DNA of 63,577 bases, filler included, from Collodictyon triciliatum (GCA_043381765.1; 47 parts of 47 records of this genome joined end to end with filler, not necessarily neighbours in it), one strand, 5' to 3'. Positions 11,437 through 24,963 are shown, counted from the whole stretch's first letter. The notes: a model not told the origin generated them from the sequence alone. Made by a program: numbers and translations.

Positions 11437-12223
11437 GCATGGAATACCGTCGCAAACTAAAATCTACGAATAAAAAAAATGCCGAATCTAAAGGATGATA
11501 GAAAAATGAAAATGAAAAAAATGAAAAGCCGCAAAAGAGTACAATTTTCTGAATACAGTTAGCAGAGCAAAGAGTTGGGATGTGATGCTGATGATTGCCA
11601 TTACCTGATATATGTACTAATGATTATTTATTATTTAGGCGGTCATTGTCAATTTATACGATATATTATAATTATAAATTATATTCCATGTTTGTATGTG
11701 AAGGATAAATCCGGATTCAAATATTCTCAGAAAATCTGCCCATAAAAGGTGCCTATTTATATAGAAAAAATCCAACTTTGTAAGAGTTTCATCGAAGCTT
11801 CTGCTGAATTTCCGTTTGGGCGTGGAGTTGCAGGAGATGAATCAGAAACCAGGAACCATCGACTCGGGTTGGATGACACAGACTTGACCAGGCTGCAGTT
11901 CTGTCTGATCGCGAGTTAGGAATCAAAGCATTTAGATTGCGCGTGGAGACAGACTGATATATGGATACCACAGAACAGCCAACACCTGATCGAACCTCCT
12001 CCTTAAAACATCATCGATACGTCTAGGAAGAAATCAGCTCGGCCGATCACCGAACAAGCACAAAATGGGATCGAAGGGATCAAAGCTCAAGAGACAAGAC
12101 TTAGCAGAACTTGCCCGTGACACNNNNNNNNNNNNNNNNNNNNNNNNNNNNNNNNNNNNNNNNNNNNTTAATTAATTAANNNNNNNNNNNNNNNNNNNNN
12201 NNNNNNNNNNNNNNNNNNNNNNN

Positions 12224-12254
<31 letters not shown>

Positions 12255-12319
12255 CACACACACACACACTTTCAAAACACCATGTTTTAATGACTCATAG
12301 CGAAAGCACGCATTTACCC

Positions 12320-13366
12320 CACGAAACTGTGCTCCGCCTGGGAATGTGCAAACGCCCTCTCCATGTCTCATATCGTCACAGAATTCTCCGTTGTAAACCT
12401 TGCCGGCAAAAGATGCAACACATACACACACACACACAAAAAAAAAATTGACTTTCTAAAGAACAGGGGAAGTTGGATTTACATGGTTGCATAGTTGTGT
12501 GCTCATTCATGAATTTTTCAAACCTTTTCACATTCCCCTTTCCAAGTCATAATCCCTTTCCCGTGTCGTTTACCATTCTAACGAAACGAAGAGCCAGCAA
12601 GTTAATAGCATAAACACTATGCATATATGTAATGATGTTGCTAAGTCATATTTGTCCATTAAGATGTTCATACCTTCCAGGAACCTACATATATAACCAG
12701 GCCATCATCCCATGACATTGTCCCTTGCCCATGCATCACACCTTTTCTCCATTCGCCTTCATATCGACACTTCAACTTCGGCCATATCCTAGAACAACGA
12801 TATCGGAGGATTGAAAAAAATAGCTCCAACATGATTTTCGCATATCGTGAACGAACATGACAGAAGTGGTGCTGTTTTATTTATATATTTTTCTTTGGAG
12901 AAAAAGAAAATCAGCGACGAAAACTTGATGATATCGGATAAATATGAATGGCACGGAGAAGAGACACAAATGCAAACCTTAGCCCGAAGCCGTCAGCACA
13001 CCCCTCAAAAAATTCGCCCTCATGTGAACAGCCATCGAGAAAGGTCAGTAGTCCATGGCCCCCGGGTAGGTCTTTGACCCAACATCCTTTGTAAGTAACC
13101 ATTTCTTGCTCCGATATAGGCTCTTCGGTATGTTGAAGAGAGTCGTTTTTTTGCTTCTCTTTGTACCACTTTTGTGTTCCTTGTCCATCTCGCATCCCAT
13201 CTGCCCATTCGCCTTCATAGACCCGGTGAAATCCAGGCAAATTGGCTTCTTGCGGCCAGACACATATACCATATCCGTGTGGTCGATGTTTGTGCCACTG
13301 TCCGCGATAGAATGATCCACTGTCCCATACTTGCACTCCCCATCCGTGCTTTTGTTGGTAGCGCCT
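12320..13366 (-). CDS. MORN-repeat protein fragment (multi-exon)
   Basis: Repeats YRGQWHKHRPHGYG, YEGEWADGMRDGQG, YKGCWVKDLPGGHG, YEGEWRKGVMHGQG, YNGEFCDDMRHGEG. Confidence 0.9.
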
Positions 13367-13386
13367 GTGGAGCAGTGTATGTTTTC

Positions 13387-13480
<94 letters not shown>

Positions 13481-13580
13481 NNNNNNNNNNNNNNNNNNNN
13501 NNNNNNNNNNNNNNNNNNNNNNNNTTAATTAATTAANNNNNNNNNNNNNNNNNNNNNNNNNNNNNNNNNNNNNNNNNNNN

Positions 13581-14740
13581 TACGCAACATTCCAACATAT
13601 TAATTCCAAAATTTCTTCTTCATCATATTCTAATTCTTCGCCAGCAGCAAAGCTATAAAGATATAATCGCACGTCTTCGTCAAATTCATTGTCCATGTAA
13701 TCCATAAACTCAAATTCTTTTTCGTCACCAAAAGCTTTTGGAACGTTTTCTTTATAACTAAACCCTCTGTGTTTATACCACTCTTTAAAACAAAGATTCA
13801 TACCTGTGTACACTTTGGATGCTACTCTCTGACCACGCACATTTTTTTTCTGGAGGTATCCTATTGTCAAATACTCTTTTTTAATTCCAATTTCTGCTCT
13901 AACGTCATCTGATAATCTTTGCCACCTTTCCTTTCCTTCTTGACTTTCCATTGCCTCGTCAAATTGTTCAAAATACGCATTTAGCTCATCCATTGTTGTA
14001 TCTAATCGTCCCTTATCTTCTACTTCCTTTGGTTGGTCCTCTATTGCAACTGCTTCCGTAACATCTGCCTCTGCTTCTCTTTCTGCTATTATTTCATCAA
14101 AATATCTTTGTAAACTTTCTTTGCTAGGTCCAGATTTTGCTTGTTCTCCTTCTGCTACAGCTTTGATCATTTCTTCTGAAGTCATATTTTCTGGAGGGTC
14201 TTCATAAAATTTTAATATATAATTAAACCTTGGAATTCGTGGATCATTTTTTCTTGCAGCATTATACATTCTTTGAATAGTGACAATTGTTTTTGCATTG
14301 TATTTCTTAGGTTGTTCAAATACTTGTTCTGGTTCTTCAAATACCGGTTCTGATTCTATGGGATCATCTGGAACTGTAATGTAATAAGGTTCTATTAAAT
14401 CAGCCCTTCCCTGATTTTTTTCAGGGTCTAAAATATCTATTTCTCTTGGCAGTTTTGATCCTACTATATCCTCATACAATTTCTCTAATTGTGTAAAGTC
14501 TCCATAGTCTAAATCTGGGTTTTCACGTCTAGCAGTATAATATAAATCATGAAAATCTTTTAATGCTTGATTAAAATTTTCATTTCTTTTTTGCAGATGA
14601 TGTATAATATAATTAAATCTATACCCAATTAATGAATTATCATCAAATAATGTTTTAATATTGTCTTGTTTAAATAGTGCTGAGTACCAAGGTATTTTTT
14701 TTCTATTCAACTGTTCTAAAGTATAGTATTTGGAGCTCAT
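13581..14740 (-). CDS. Long intronless AT-rich acidic ORF of unknown function, 3' truncated (possibly viral)
   Basis: About 386 uninterrupted codons from ATG 14740 (MSSKYY) to the contig edge. No recognised domain. Confidence 0.75.
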
Positions 14741-14937
14741 ATTATAACCTATATAAAATTTCTTGGCTAATGTATGATTGTTGATGTTAGAAAAGCAAGC
14801 AGAGGTGTTGGTCGCTTTCTTACCCGGCACACGGACANNNNNNNNNNNNNNNNNNNNNNNNNNNNNNNNNNNNNNNNNNNNTTAATTAATTAANNNNNNN
14901 NNNNNNNNNNNNNNNNNNNNNNNNNNNNNNNNNNNNN

Positions 14938-15016
<79 letters not shown>

Positions 15017-15151
15017 CAGAATCATCGTAAGAATCCCCTATTGAAATTAAGATTCTTATGCACCATTTTGTGTCCTTTTTTTAATATGAAATGTATATTA
15101 AAAAAAACATACATTAATCCCCACAAACATAAATGCAGGGATAACAATACC

Positions 15152-16062
15152 TCTTGGACAACATCTTTGCAGCTTTCCAGCTGAGAAGGAACTGAGTTGA
15201 CTGAATCGAGCATTTTCTTTGCAAAATATATCGAAAGACCTAAAATTAGATAACTTATGTATTACAACCAGAAATAAAAATTACCAAAGAAATATTAGTT
15301 GATAAGCAGACATATTATATAATCTGTTTGTTTGATTTCGTATATTTTTGTTTTGATATTTGTTATATACTCGTCATAAATAATGCGACGACCGTGACAT
15401 ATATGTAGCCCACGATTTCGATCTGTTATCAAGGAATTTAATTCATACATAAAATAATTCAACATATGTGTTGGTCAACTCACCCGTCCTTTTTCGTTTC
15501 TCATACTTGATATGATCAAGGAAAAACATATTGTGGTGGTCAATATGACCATATTCGATATTCTGCAAATCCTTTTGACCACAGTTAAAATCCACGAGTC
15601 ATTTTGAAAGCCCATAGGATTTGATACAAGTTCGATGATTTTGGTCCTAGTATTTGAAGGTAAGATACATGTTTTCTTTTCTTTCTAAGGCATTTCTTTT
15701 CCTTTATTCGATTCAAATATTTCTTTATAAGGTATATACGAAGCGAAATATCTCTTCGCATTGAGGCGTGTGAACTTCGTACCATGCCACCACAAGCGAT
15801 GTGAAAATACAAAAAATAGTGACCAAAGGCATGAGAAATAACAAGCTCTTGATAAACTTTGCCGAAAAAGCCTGAAATTTTGGTTAAGTTGAGTAGGTGA
15901 ATAATCTTAACAAAACATAATGCGCGAAATGGTGAACAAATGATCAATTATATTTATAAAGACCTCATCGGTTCGGTCATCATTTTCGTCTAACTCGTTT
16001 TGTCTCTTCCAAAGGTTTGTTGACATGCGCATGATATGCTCCACAAATCGAACTGAAGATTG
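15152..16062 (-). CDS. Multi-pass membrane protein fragment (7TM/TOM1-like topology)
   Basis: Spliced exons give hydrophobic helices SLLFLMPLVTIFCIFTSLVVAW, ISNMVILTTTICFSLIISSM and IVGYIYVTVVALFMTSLSIYFAKKM. Confidence 0.5.
15678..15735 (-). mobile_element. 26-nt LINE 3'-end micro-insertion in an intron, slightly decayed 16-bp TSD
   Basis: TTTCTTTCTAAGGCAT and TTTCTTTATAAGGTAT (14/16) flank TTCTTTTCCTTTATTCGATTCAAATA. Confidence 0.75.
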
Positions 16063-16294
16063 GGTACATATTATTACAGAAAAAAATACAATTAAATGAC
16101 ATACATACATACATACATACATACATACATACATACATACATACATACATACATACATACATACATACATACATACATACATACATACATACATNNNNNN
16201 NNNNNNNNNNNNNNNNNNNNNNNNNNNNNNNNNNNNNNTTAATTAATTAANNNNNNNNNNNNNNNNNNNNNNNNNNNNNNNNNNNNNNNNNNNN

Positions 16295-17067
16295 TCATCA
16301 TCGCTGTCGCTGTATGTGCGTATCTGCTGTGAGTCTTGCGGACTCTGTTGTTGCCTGGCCTTGGCTTCCTTGACCCCGTTGCTGCTTGTCTGCTTGGCAG
16401 GTGTATTCTTTTGCGAAGCTTTTGCTTGTCGTTCGTTATTCGCGGCTGGCGGACGCTCTTTGAGGATGCACTTTGGACACTTTTTTCCCATGACCGTAAA
16501 CTTTGCAGGATGCTAGTTCTTATGACAAAGAAACTTACCACGGCCGTGTCTGTGAAGAAGCCTTTGTACTTTTTGATCTCCACGTGGGTCGGTCTGAATG
16601 GCTTCAGCTCCTCACGAAGGAGTTGCAGCCACACGTCCAGCGGTATTTGGTAGAATCATCACCAAGGTCTCTGTTGTTTGACTTCTGCTGAAACTGTTCA
16701 TAATGTCGCTCAAACTTACCTGCTTCAGCTCCAGAAGCTTTTGGGCGTTTTCTGCAGTGCGAAAGGAAATCAGGCAAAAGTCTTCGCTGTCCAGTAAGCG
16801 CAATTGGATGGACTCTTCCCAAAGTTTGTTCGCTTTCAAGAAGGAGTCGAGTGCATCGGTGTCTGCGGGCTTGTTGTTGTTGTAAACGACTTGCTCGACC
16901 CCACGCAAAAATACTGTCCGCTCAGACAAACTTGTAGGCGGCTTCCTTGCGTGGGTCTTCCTAGACTTACGTGTAACTCGGGGGTTTTCCGCACCAGCGT
17001 TGGAACCAGAAGAACTGGCTGCGACTTGCAAAGCCTTCGACGGGTCGCGGAGTTTGATTCCCATCAA
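16295..17067 (-). pseudogene. Frameshifted RRM-like ORF, possibly LINE ORF1
   Basis: RTVFLRGV...FCLISFRTAENAQKLL (RRM-like), then after a frameshift LLREELKPFRPTHVEIKKYKGFFTDTAVVSF, then another shift to PAKFTVMGKKC and a basic/Gln tail. Confidence 0.4.
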
Positions 17068-17455
17068 GTGAGGAAGCTAGATACGAAAATATAAACACAA
17101 TGATACAATAAGCGATAACGGGGTTCTTTAGAGCCGCGAAACTTGTCTGCATTTTGGTGGTCAGGGAATTTATTGACTCTTTGAACCAGGAATTAGCGAT
17201 TATCTGTGCAGATAAAATTGAAATCTCGTATCATAGGTGTCGCCATATTCAGAGCAATTGGCAACTGTGCAAAAAGGAGCGGTATATATTAAACGTTTGA
17301 ATTTTTGAATCATGTTGTCAAATCTGCTCCTTTCTCGGCACGCCGTCCGAATATATGAACGCGATGGCCGAACTTGCTGCGCCCCATTTCCCATCTCGCT
17401 CCCACATCAGCAAGAACGCCAGGACGACCGGACGGATCAGAAGGCCTAGACGCGA

Positions 17456-17551
17456 AAAAAGACAAAAAGACAAAAAGACAAAAAGACAAAAAGACAAAAA
17501 GACAAAAAGACAAAAAGACAAAAAGACAAAAAAGACAAAAAAGACAAAAAA
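17456..17551. repeat. (GACAAAAA)n microsatellite; same unit at about 20169-20263 and 50378-50595
   Basis: Direct tandem octamer. The third array has GGC/GGA variant units. Confidence 0.95.
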
Positions 17552-20363
17552 NNNNNNNNNNNNNNNNNNNNNNNNNNNNNNNNNNNNNNNNNNNNTTAAT
17601 TAATTAANNNNNNNNNNNNNNNNNNNNNNNNNNNNNNNNNNNNNNNNNNNNCTTTGATCGGCGGATCGGTGTGGCCGAGGGGCCTTGGTCGAGTTGTGTC
17701 CTCGATTCTCGTGCGTTCGAGTGTGTTTGTCTCAAGCTTGCGCTTTCGACCAGCACACTCGAGTCGGTCTTCATGGATTTATTCAGCCCAAGAAATCAGA
17801 GAAAAGCATAGTAAGAGGTAGTTGACTTAACAAAAGAAGAAACAAAAAAAGAACACAAAGAATTTCTAAAAAGGCGGTTGCATAAGCGTTCGTTTAGTGG
17901 ATGAGAAGGTCGAATAGCATCGTAGGTTGAAAATTTTGGTTCTGACGAATAAAAACGTCAGTATTAAACCTGCCGAGACACTCCTCAAATACTCTCGGCT
18001 GTTTGCGTGCAAGAAAAAAAAATAATACAAAATGAACCCAAAAGCTAGTGTGTGATGAGCTCGCTCTTTGATCCACTAAAAAACTATGTAAGAGCAACCA
18101 ACCGAGGCGAGCGATGCGACCATATTGAACGAACAAATTTTGGCGGTAAAGATTATTTTCTGAGGAGGCTTCTGTGTAAAAGGCTGAGCCGATGTTGCCA
18201 CTAATTCATTGTATCATGAATTACGGTGATTTTTCTATATGTAAATAACTATCATCATTTCTCGAACACTGGAGCCACAGAGTCATTGTGGGTAAAAGCT
18301 ATACAACGTTTCACTCCCCATATATTTCAGATTTGAACAAAGGAAATCCTCTTATGGGTCGCCTTTGCTCTCAACCCCACATCTCCTTTCTTTCCTTTCA
18401 TTTGTTGAGGGGGTAAAAGATAGTTAACGATTGTCATAGCCAACCAAATTCTAAACCAAAAGCGTGTATATCTACTATAGAGGAAATGATACGCAATATA
18501 GCGTCACAGAAACACGAATGAACACATCACAAACTTCATTGAGAATTTTTATTCAATCGTATTGGACGAGATTTTTTGGCGAGCCTTGATTAAGTCCGTA
18601 GAGACGGACATCGCAATGAAACAAGAGAGATATAAGCCAAATATGCTAATTTTTTTACAAAACTAAGGTGCTGATAGTTTGATAAAAGAGCAAAACAGCA
18701 TATAGTATCAAAAAGACAGTTAAAGGGAAGTTTCTCTTCATACCATTTCAAAAAATTAAGTCATAGCTTAAAAGCCAATTTTTCCAGATTCTTTGTTTCC
18801 GATTCAGTCATCATTCCCTTGTGCTTCATCCCGCTTGACGGATTCCATGGACACACTCCGTAGTGATAGGTGTCCTGAGTCTTGGTTACCTCCTTGAACG
18901 TGCATGTNNNNNNNNNNNNNNNNNNNNNNNNNNNNNNNNNNNNNNNNNNNNTTAATTAATTAANNNNNNNNNNNNNNNNNNNNNNNNNNNNNNNNNNNNN
19001 NNNNNNNAAAAAGAGAAAAAGAGAAAAAGAGAAAAAGAGAAAAAGAGAAAAAGAGAAAAAGAGAAAAAGAGAAAAAGAGAAAAAGAGAAAAAGAGAAAAA
19101 AGAAAGAGAAGAAAGAAGAAAGAAGAGAAAAAGAGAAAAAAGAAAGAGAAGAAAGAAGAAAGAAGAGAAAAAGAAAAAGAGAAAAAGAGAAGGAAAGAAA
19201 GAGCCGTGTTTTATGGCGCGACGGTCTGTTGTTTTTGTGCAATATTCCGTCTGACTCTCATGTTTTATATTTTGTGAGAGCGCGCTTGGCTTTTTTCCAT
19301 CCAGCGATCGGTCTGCTTCTTTGTCTCGGCTTGGGCGAGACCCTTGGGCACAGACCCGTTCGTTTCCCTCTCGCCCTGCGATTATTCTCTCCCTCTAGCC
19401 ATTTTTTTGTTCTTTTCTTTTTTTTCGATCAAAACCAGGACAAAAATTGATCGAGTTTTGAATCAGTGGCGAGATGGACTAAAGAAGACACAGATGTCAT
19501 CATATGATATGAATACTAATTCATATTTGGAAATTAAGTATAATTGTAATTTTTTATTATATATCGCATTTAATTTTATAATATATAATACTTAATTACT
19601 ATATTATATAGAAATAATGACACATATACATTATGTCAACACTTGACCCACACGTGTAATTTAATAATAAAATAACAATTATATGGACATATTCTATTCC
19701 TTTGCGTAATCGGGTAGGAGCCGTCGGTGCTCGTCGGTGTCATTCGCCGGTTACTAGTCTGTATTTCTTTCGACGGAAATGTGGGTTTTGAGTTCCATCT
19801 TCGACTGGCTGAGCGGGTTATCTTCTGCCAACACGACAGTCGTGGAATGAGTGGGCATGTCTACGTAAGACTTGTCTCCTCTTGTAAGCGTTGCTCCTAT
19901 CCTTTTCTCGATCCCCACCCTGACCGCAATCTGCCTCTCCTTCTGTTTTCTGGCTACGTGATGCAGTGACACAGCGACAAAGCTGAGCGGAAAGAGACAC
20001 TGAGGAATGCACCCGTCAATAATGACCCTTTTTATTTCTCTTTTTCTTTGGGGAAGTCGAGGCTAGGGCAGGAGCCGCCAGAGTATGTTTTCGCACATTT
20101 TGTGGTGTAAAATAACAAAAAATAGGACGAAAAAGACAAAAAAATAGGAAACAAAAAACAAAAAACAAAAGACAAAAAGACAAAAAGACAAAAAGACAAA
20201 AAGACAAAAAGACAAAAAGACAAAAAGACAAAAAGACAAAAAGACAAAAAGACAAAAAGACAANNNNNNNNNNNNNNNNNNNNNNNNNNNNNNNNNNNNN
20301 NNNNNNNTTAATTAATTAANNNNNNNNNNNNNNNNNNNNNNNNNNNNNNNNNNNNNNNNNNNN

Positions 20364-21619
20364 TTCCGTCTGAATGGCTGTCCGCGCAAACATCGCGCTC
20401 TTGAAAAGCTTGCTCACAATGCCGCTGTGCTCGTAGACTTCTTTCGATTCCTTCAGCATTGCGATAGAGTGCTGCAGAATCTTCTCTGCTGCTTCCATTT
20501 TGTGCTGTGTGTACTTGACTCGGTCGCTTGCTGGCTGCAGCGTTGCCTTGACCTGAATTGATTGTTTTGAGCTCATAATACATGCGAAGAATATCATATG
20601 ATACAATGGAGAAGATATTCTGATTGAAAGATGCGTAAGAATGTGTGCATAATCTTGTGGTTACAGTTTGCTTCAGCTTCTCTTTCAGCTCTCCCGCCTT
20701 TTTCACGATGTCGTCGTACAGATTGTCGATCTTTGTGTTCTGCTCGTGCTCCTCGTGATTAATCTGTGTCGTTGATACGAATGAGTAGAATGATTGGAAA
20801 AGAAATGATTGGGTCCGTCTGTGGAGCACATCTTAGAAACAAATGAAGCGAAATGCAATGCAAACAATAATGCACCTTTTTCATTTCGGTGTCAACTTTC
20901 GCCTTGATTTCGGTGATTGAGTTTATCTTCCTCTCCGCATCTTCAATCAGCTCGTCTTCCTTGATTGATGAGTAATCGATACTCTCGACTTCAATGTATT
21001 CGTGTGTTTTGGTGGTTTTTACATCTTCAAATCCACATTTATCGCACATTTCAGTGATGGGCCAACATTGTTTGCATACCGAAACAATCGGGAACTTATG
21101 CAGAATACATTCGCGCAAATTGATTGTGTGTTTAGCTCCAGCTTCAAGCAATGTGCTATGAATTGACGGGAGAAAAAAAAGTAAATGCAAATATGAAATG
21201 AACATAAATCAGTGGCAAATTGAGATGAATGGAAAAGAAGGCATCTACGATATGTAATAAAAGAGGAAAAACAATAGAAAGATAAAATGAGGTACATGAA
21301 GAGAAACAGAGGAAATGAGAAAAGGAGAGCGTAAAACAGTTAAAAGAGAGAACATAAAATAAGCGACAGTGAGTTGTGCAAAGTACATGAAGTTATGACA
21401 ACAAGAATAAATGAATTATCCAGGAAAGAGAAAAGCTACCTGACTTTGTGGTTCATCGTTCTCCTTTGCTTCGAGTGATGTTTATCATGGCACTCGTCAC
21501 AGTACAAGCCACACCCGCTTCTGCAAACCAGAGAAGGCTCGTTTGTGCAATCAACACACATTTCCTTCTTCTTTGGATCTCTTCGAGAAACGATTTGGTC
21601 GTGGTAAACTGAGTTTGGG
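20364..21619 (-). CDS. B-box zinc finger plus coiled-coil (TRIM-like) protein fragment
   Basis: CVDC...CRSGCGLYCDECHDKHH...H and CILH...VCKQC....CDKC......H motifs, followed by heptad-rich exons. Confidence 0.6.
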
Positions 21620-21719
21620 NNNNNNNNNNNNNNNNNNNNNNNNNNNNNNNNNNNNNNNNNNNNTTAATTAATTAANNNNNNNNNNNNNNNNNNNNNNNNN
21701 NNNNNNNNNNNNNNNNNNN

Positions 21720-21927
21720 ATATCCAACCCCTGCTACCCACGCAACCAATCAACCAGTTGGGACGCCCACCTGACCAGCTCGCTATCACTGATTTCTTTC
21801 CGGTGCTAGCCTCTCCACAGTAGTGTCTTCTTCTACTCGCGTTTGCTCTCTACCATGCGCACCTATCTCACCCCTTTTGTATGGCATAACCTGTTGCGAT
21901 TTTAATCGAATAAAGGGGAAAAAAAAA
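21720..21927 (+). mobile_element. LINE family A 3' end (ORF2 tail, 3' UTR, A tail)
   Basis: Encodes IQPLLPTQPINQLGRPPDQLAITDFFPVLASPQ* and ends AATCGAATAAAGGGG plus an A run. Homologous to 56320-56520. Confidence 0.9.
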
Positions 21928-22199
21928 GATAAACACCGCCACACCGCTTCAGGGCAACGAAATAACCGCCTGGACGCGGTTTGTTTTACAAGTGTGGAAT
22001 ATATTATGTATAAATAATTTTAATATTTTATTATCAGCTTATACAATAATAAAATATATATTTTGCAATAATATATATAAGCTGATTAATGTGATACATC
22101 CTACCAACCTTTAGGGTGAATTTCGCCCTTTGATTTGAGTGTCGCTCTCTTATTGGTTCTCAAATCAAAATTCAAAAAAATCTCTGCACCACATCATGT

Positions 22200-22330
22200 G
22201 GCCAATAAAAGCGACACACCACAACGAGCGACTTTTCAAAAGGCGAATGAGCCTGCGTGGTCAATTGGGCGGAATAATCGTTCCTGCGGGGGTATAAAGA
22301 GGGACGGCCCAACGGCACTGTATAAATTGG
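22200..22330 (+). promoter_or_regulatory. Putative Pol II promoter (CCAAT, GGGCGG and two TATAAA boxes)
   Basis: CCAAT at about 22202, GGGCGG about 22267, TATAAA about 22293 and 22321, upstream of a 5'-UTR intron (GTAAGT 22526 to CAG 22628) and ATG 22643. Confidence 0.4.
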
Positions 22331-22642
22331 CGCCCTCTCTCGTCGGGTTCTCGCTCGTTGCTCGCTTCTTCGTGTGGGTGCGTGGCGACGACGACGAGGC
22401 CTCACAAGGCATAAACGATTTCGCTCCCAAGCCGTAACGCGACCCCCGCCGTCACAAAGCAGCACAGCAACCCTAGAACAACAACGTTGTTTCTACCATC
22501 CGAACCCTAGATTATACAACACAGTGTAAGTACCACAAATTCTTGGTGTTTGCAAGAGATAATACATACTCAAAGTCGCACCTGACCCGTACCGACCTTA
22601 GTGTCGAATTACTAAACGCACACTACAGAATCTACTGCAAGA

Positions 22643-22975
22643 ATGACCACCCAAACATCCTCTGCTGCCGTCCCAGTGTCCTCCGCCCCTGCCCCGGTGT
22701 TCCAGTCCCCTGCCTACCCTGTCTACTACGGAGCTGGCTCGTATGGTACCAACTACCTCGGTGCCCCACTTGCTGTCGCCCCTGTTGCTGGAACCACCCG
22801 CGCCTACAACCACCTCGGAGCCACCCGTGACTTCACCCTGGGCAACAATGTTGCCCCTGAACCCGCGCAACTCGGCCCCGCCAACACCGAGGCCCAGACC
22901 CGCACCCGTTACATCCAAGAGCCTGTTACCGAAATCGTTGTCCACCAAATCGAAGAAGACTACACCGACTTCGAG
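22643..22975 (+). CDS. Ala/Pro/Val/Tyr-rich protein N-terminus with strong codon bias, unknown function
   Basis: Open from ATG 22643 to the contig end, codons predominantly C/T-ending. Ends RYIQEPVTEIVVHQIEEDYTDFE. Confidence 0.75.
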
Positions 22976-23075
22976 NNNNNNNNNNNNNNNNNNNNNNNNN
23001 NNNNNNNNNNNNNNNNNNNTTAATTAATTAANNNNNNNNNNNNNNNNNNNNNNNNNNNNNNNNNNNNNNNNNNNN

Positions 23076-23347
23076 ATTATTATTATTATTATGATTATTA
23101 TTATTATTATGATTATTATTATTATGATTATGATTATTATGATTATTATTATGATTATTATTATGATTATTATTATGATTATTATTATGATTATTATTAT
23201 TATGATTATTATTATGATTATTATGATTATGATTATTATTATTATTATGATTACTATGATTATTATGATTATGATTATGATTATGATTATGATTATGATT
23301 ATGATTATGATTATGATTATGATTATGATTATGATTATGATTATTAT
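23076..23347. repeat. Compound (ATT)n/(ATGATT)n microsatellite
   Basis: Gradual transition from ATT to ATGATT units. Confidence 0.95.
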
Positions 23348-24432
23348 TTGTTTGAAAGAGCTCGCTCTGTCTTATTCATAGGTTGTTATACTCACGGGTT
23401 GGTGGCAGCTGGCGTCCTGATTGTTGGTGTGTCTTGGTGTGTAACCTGTGTTGCAAGGGAAGTGGTCAAGTGACCTTTTCGCTCTCTGAGTCAGCTGCGT
23501 CCATCTCGTCCTTCTCGGAATCCCTCTTTCCAATCGTTTGCTTGTTTTTTTTCCGGCTTCATAAAGGGAGGGTTGGGAGAATAAAGGAAAGACCCCCAAG
23601 AGTAATAACATCATTTTATGGAGAATGTGTCTTTTTTTCTCTATCTCTCTACGTGCTTATTGTTTCTCAACAAAGCAGACTTTTTCTTAATTATTGTGAT
23701 TTTTTATTGTTCCTCTAAAGTCTGTCTCTGTCTCTCTGTGATCACCACATTTATTCACATTGTGCGGTATAGAATAGATAAACCTAGGAAATTTGCATTG
23801 CGAAAAAAAACATACAAAGAAAAAAGAACATTGCGTATGGAATGAGAAAATATAAATATATTCCACAAATGGAGCGTTTGGCTTGTCAAGCTTTCTGCTT
23901 TGGCGTGCGGCTTTTCGCTTTTTGCAGAGAACCTGCGTAGGCAATCAAGCTTTGGTTATTTCTACCAGGCAACTTCATAATCCTTTTTTTCCCATTCTCG
24001 ATCCCTTCATATATTGGCACAAAGTTTTTTTTTTTAAAATAAAATGGGTTCAAAAAGTAGAACAATAAGCCTTGGCCGCCTCCTCTTTTCGTTTTGTCAT
24101 GCCCAGAGCTATGACAGCAGCAGAGCGGATATTCTATTTTATATAAACAAAAGATTGGTACACTCCTTCAAGTAAGGCTATAAATAAAGAACTAGCACCC
24201 GACCGAAGGACCGAGCTCACAGAAAGCCTACCGATGGCCGAATCCTCCAAGCATGGCCACAAAAGAGCCTCAAGCTTGCCAGCCTCGACCAAGAGCGGCG
24301 TTTCTCCGTTTCGCCATGGGAAGTTCACTGTNNNNNNNNNNNNNNNNNNNNNNNNNNNNNNNNNNNNNNNNNNNNTTAATTAATTAANNNNNNNNNNNNN
24401 NNNNNNNNNNNNNNNNNNNNNNNNNNNNNNNA

Positions 24433-24963
24433 GCAATGGGTCTTACATTTGTGCGCAGTGAATATACAGGGCCGTTTGGCTTTGACGGCGACGAGTTTAC
24501 TACACCATACCCGGGTGGTACTTTTGATTTATTAAATGGATTTGCTGCTGATGCACCAGCTGCTCGTACGAGAAACGGTGTTACAGTGTTTCAACCTTAC
24601 GCTGCACAAGGAGTGAAATTCGGCGCAAATTATGTTGGGCCACTAGTGCGTGCTAACGGCGATGCACTTGGCACAGCAGGAGGTGCTAACGCAGCTACTG
24701 AGACTGCTTCTTGTGTTAGGTTTATGCGCGAGGGTACACAGAATCCTTGTGAGTTCATGTTAGCATTTAACTTGCGTAAAGTTCTGGACGTGGCCGAAGG
24801 CGAAATAGTGGGAACGGATATCCAGTCTTCAGGCAGCGGTTTGATGAGTTTGAGATTAGAATTTAGTGGGGCAGTTGGCAAAAATTATAATGTGATCGTG
24901 GCCAGTCTGTATGATGCCGTGCTTGAAATTCAGAGCAACCAGCAAACCTTCCGTGTTGAATAA
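24433..24963 (+). CDS. Probable Polinton-like virus double-jelly-roll major capsid protein, C-terminal part
   Basis: Intronless and open to the contig edge. The C-terminus FMLAFNLRK...IVGTDIQSS...LMSLRLEF.....YNVIVASLYDAVLEI resembles the last beta-strands of PLV/virophage-type MCPs. Pattern recognition only. Confidence 0.65.
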   Translation, partial: AMGLTFVRSEYTGPFGFDGDEFTTPYPGGTFDLLNGFAADAPAARTRNGVTVFQPYAAQGVKFGANYVGPLVRANGDALGTAGGANAATETASCVRFMREGTQNPCEFMLAFNLRKVLDVAEGEIVGTDIQSSGSGLMSLRLEFSGAVGKNYNVIVASLYDAVLEIQSNQQTFRVE

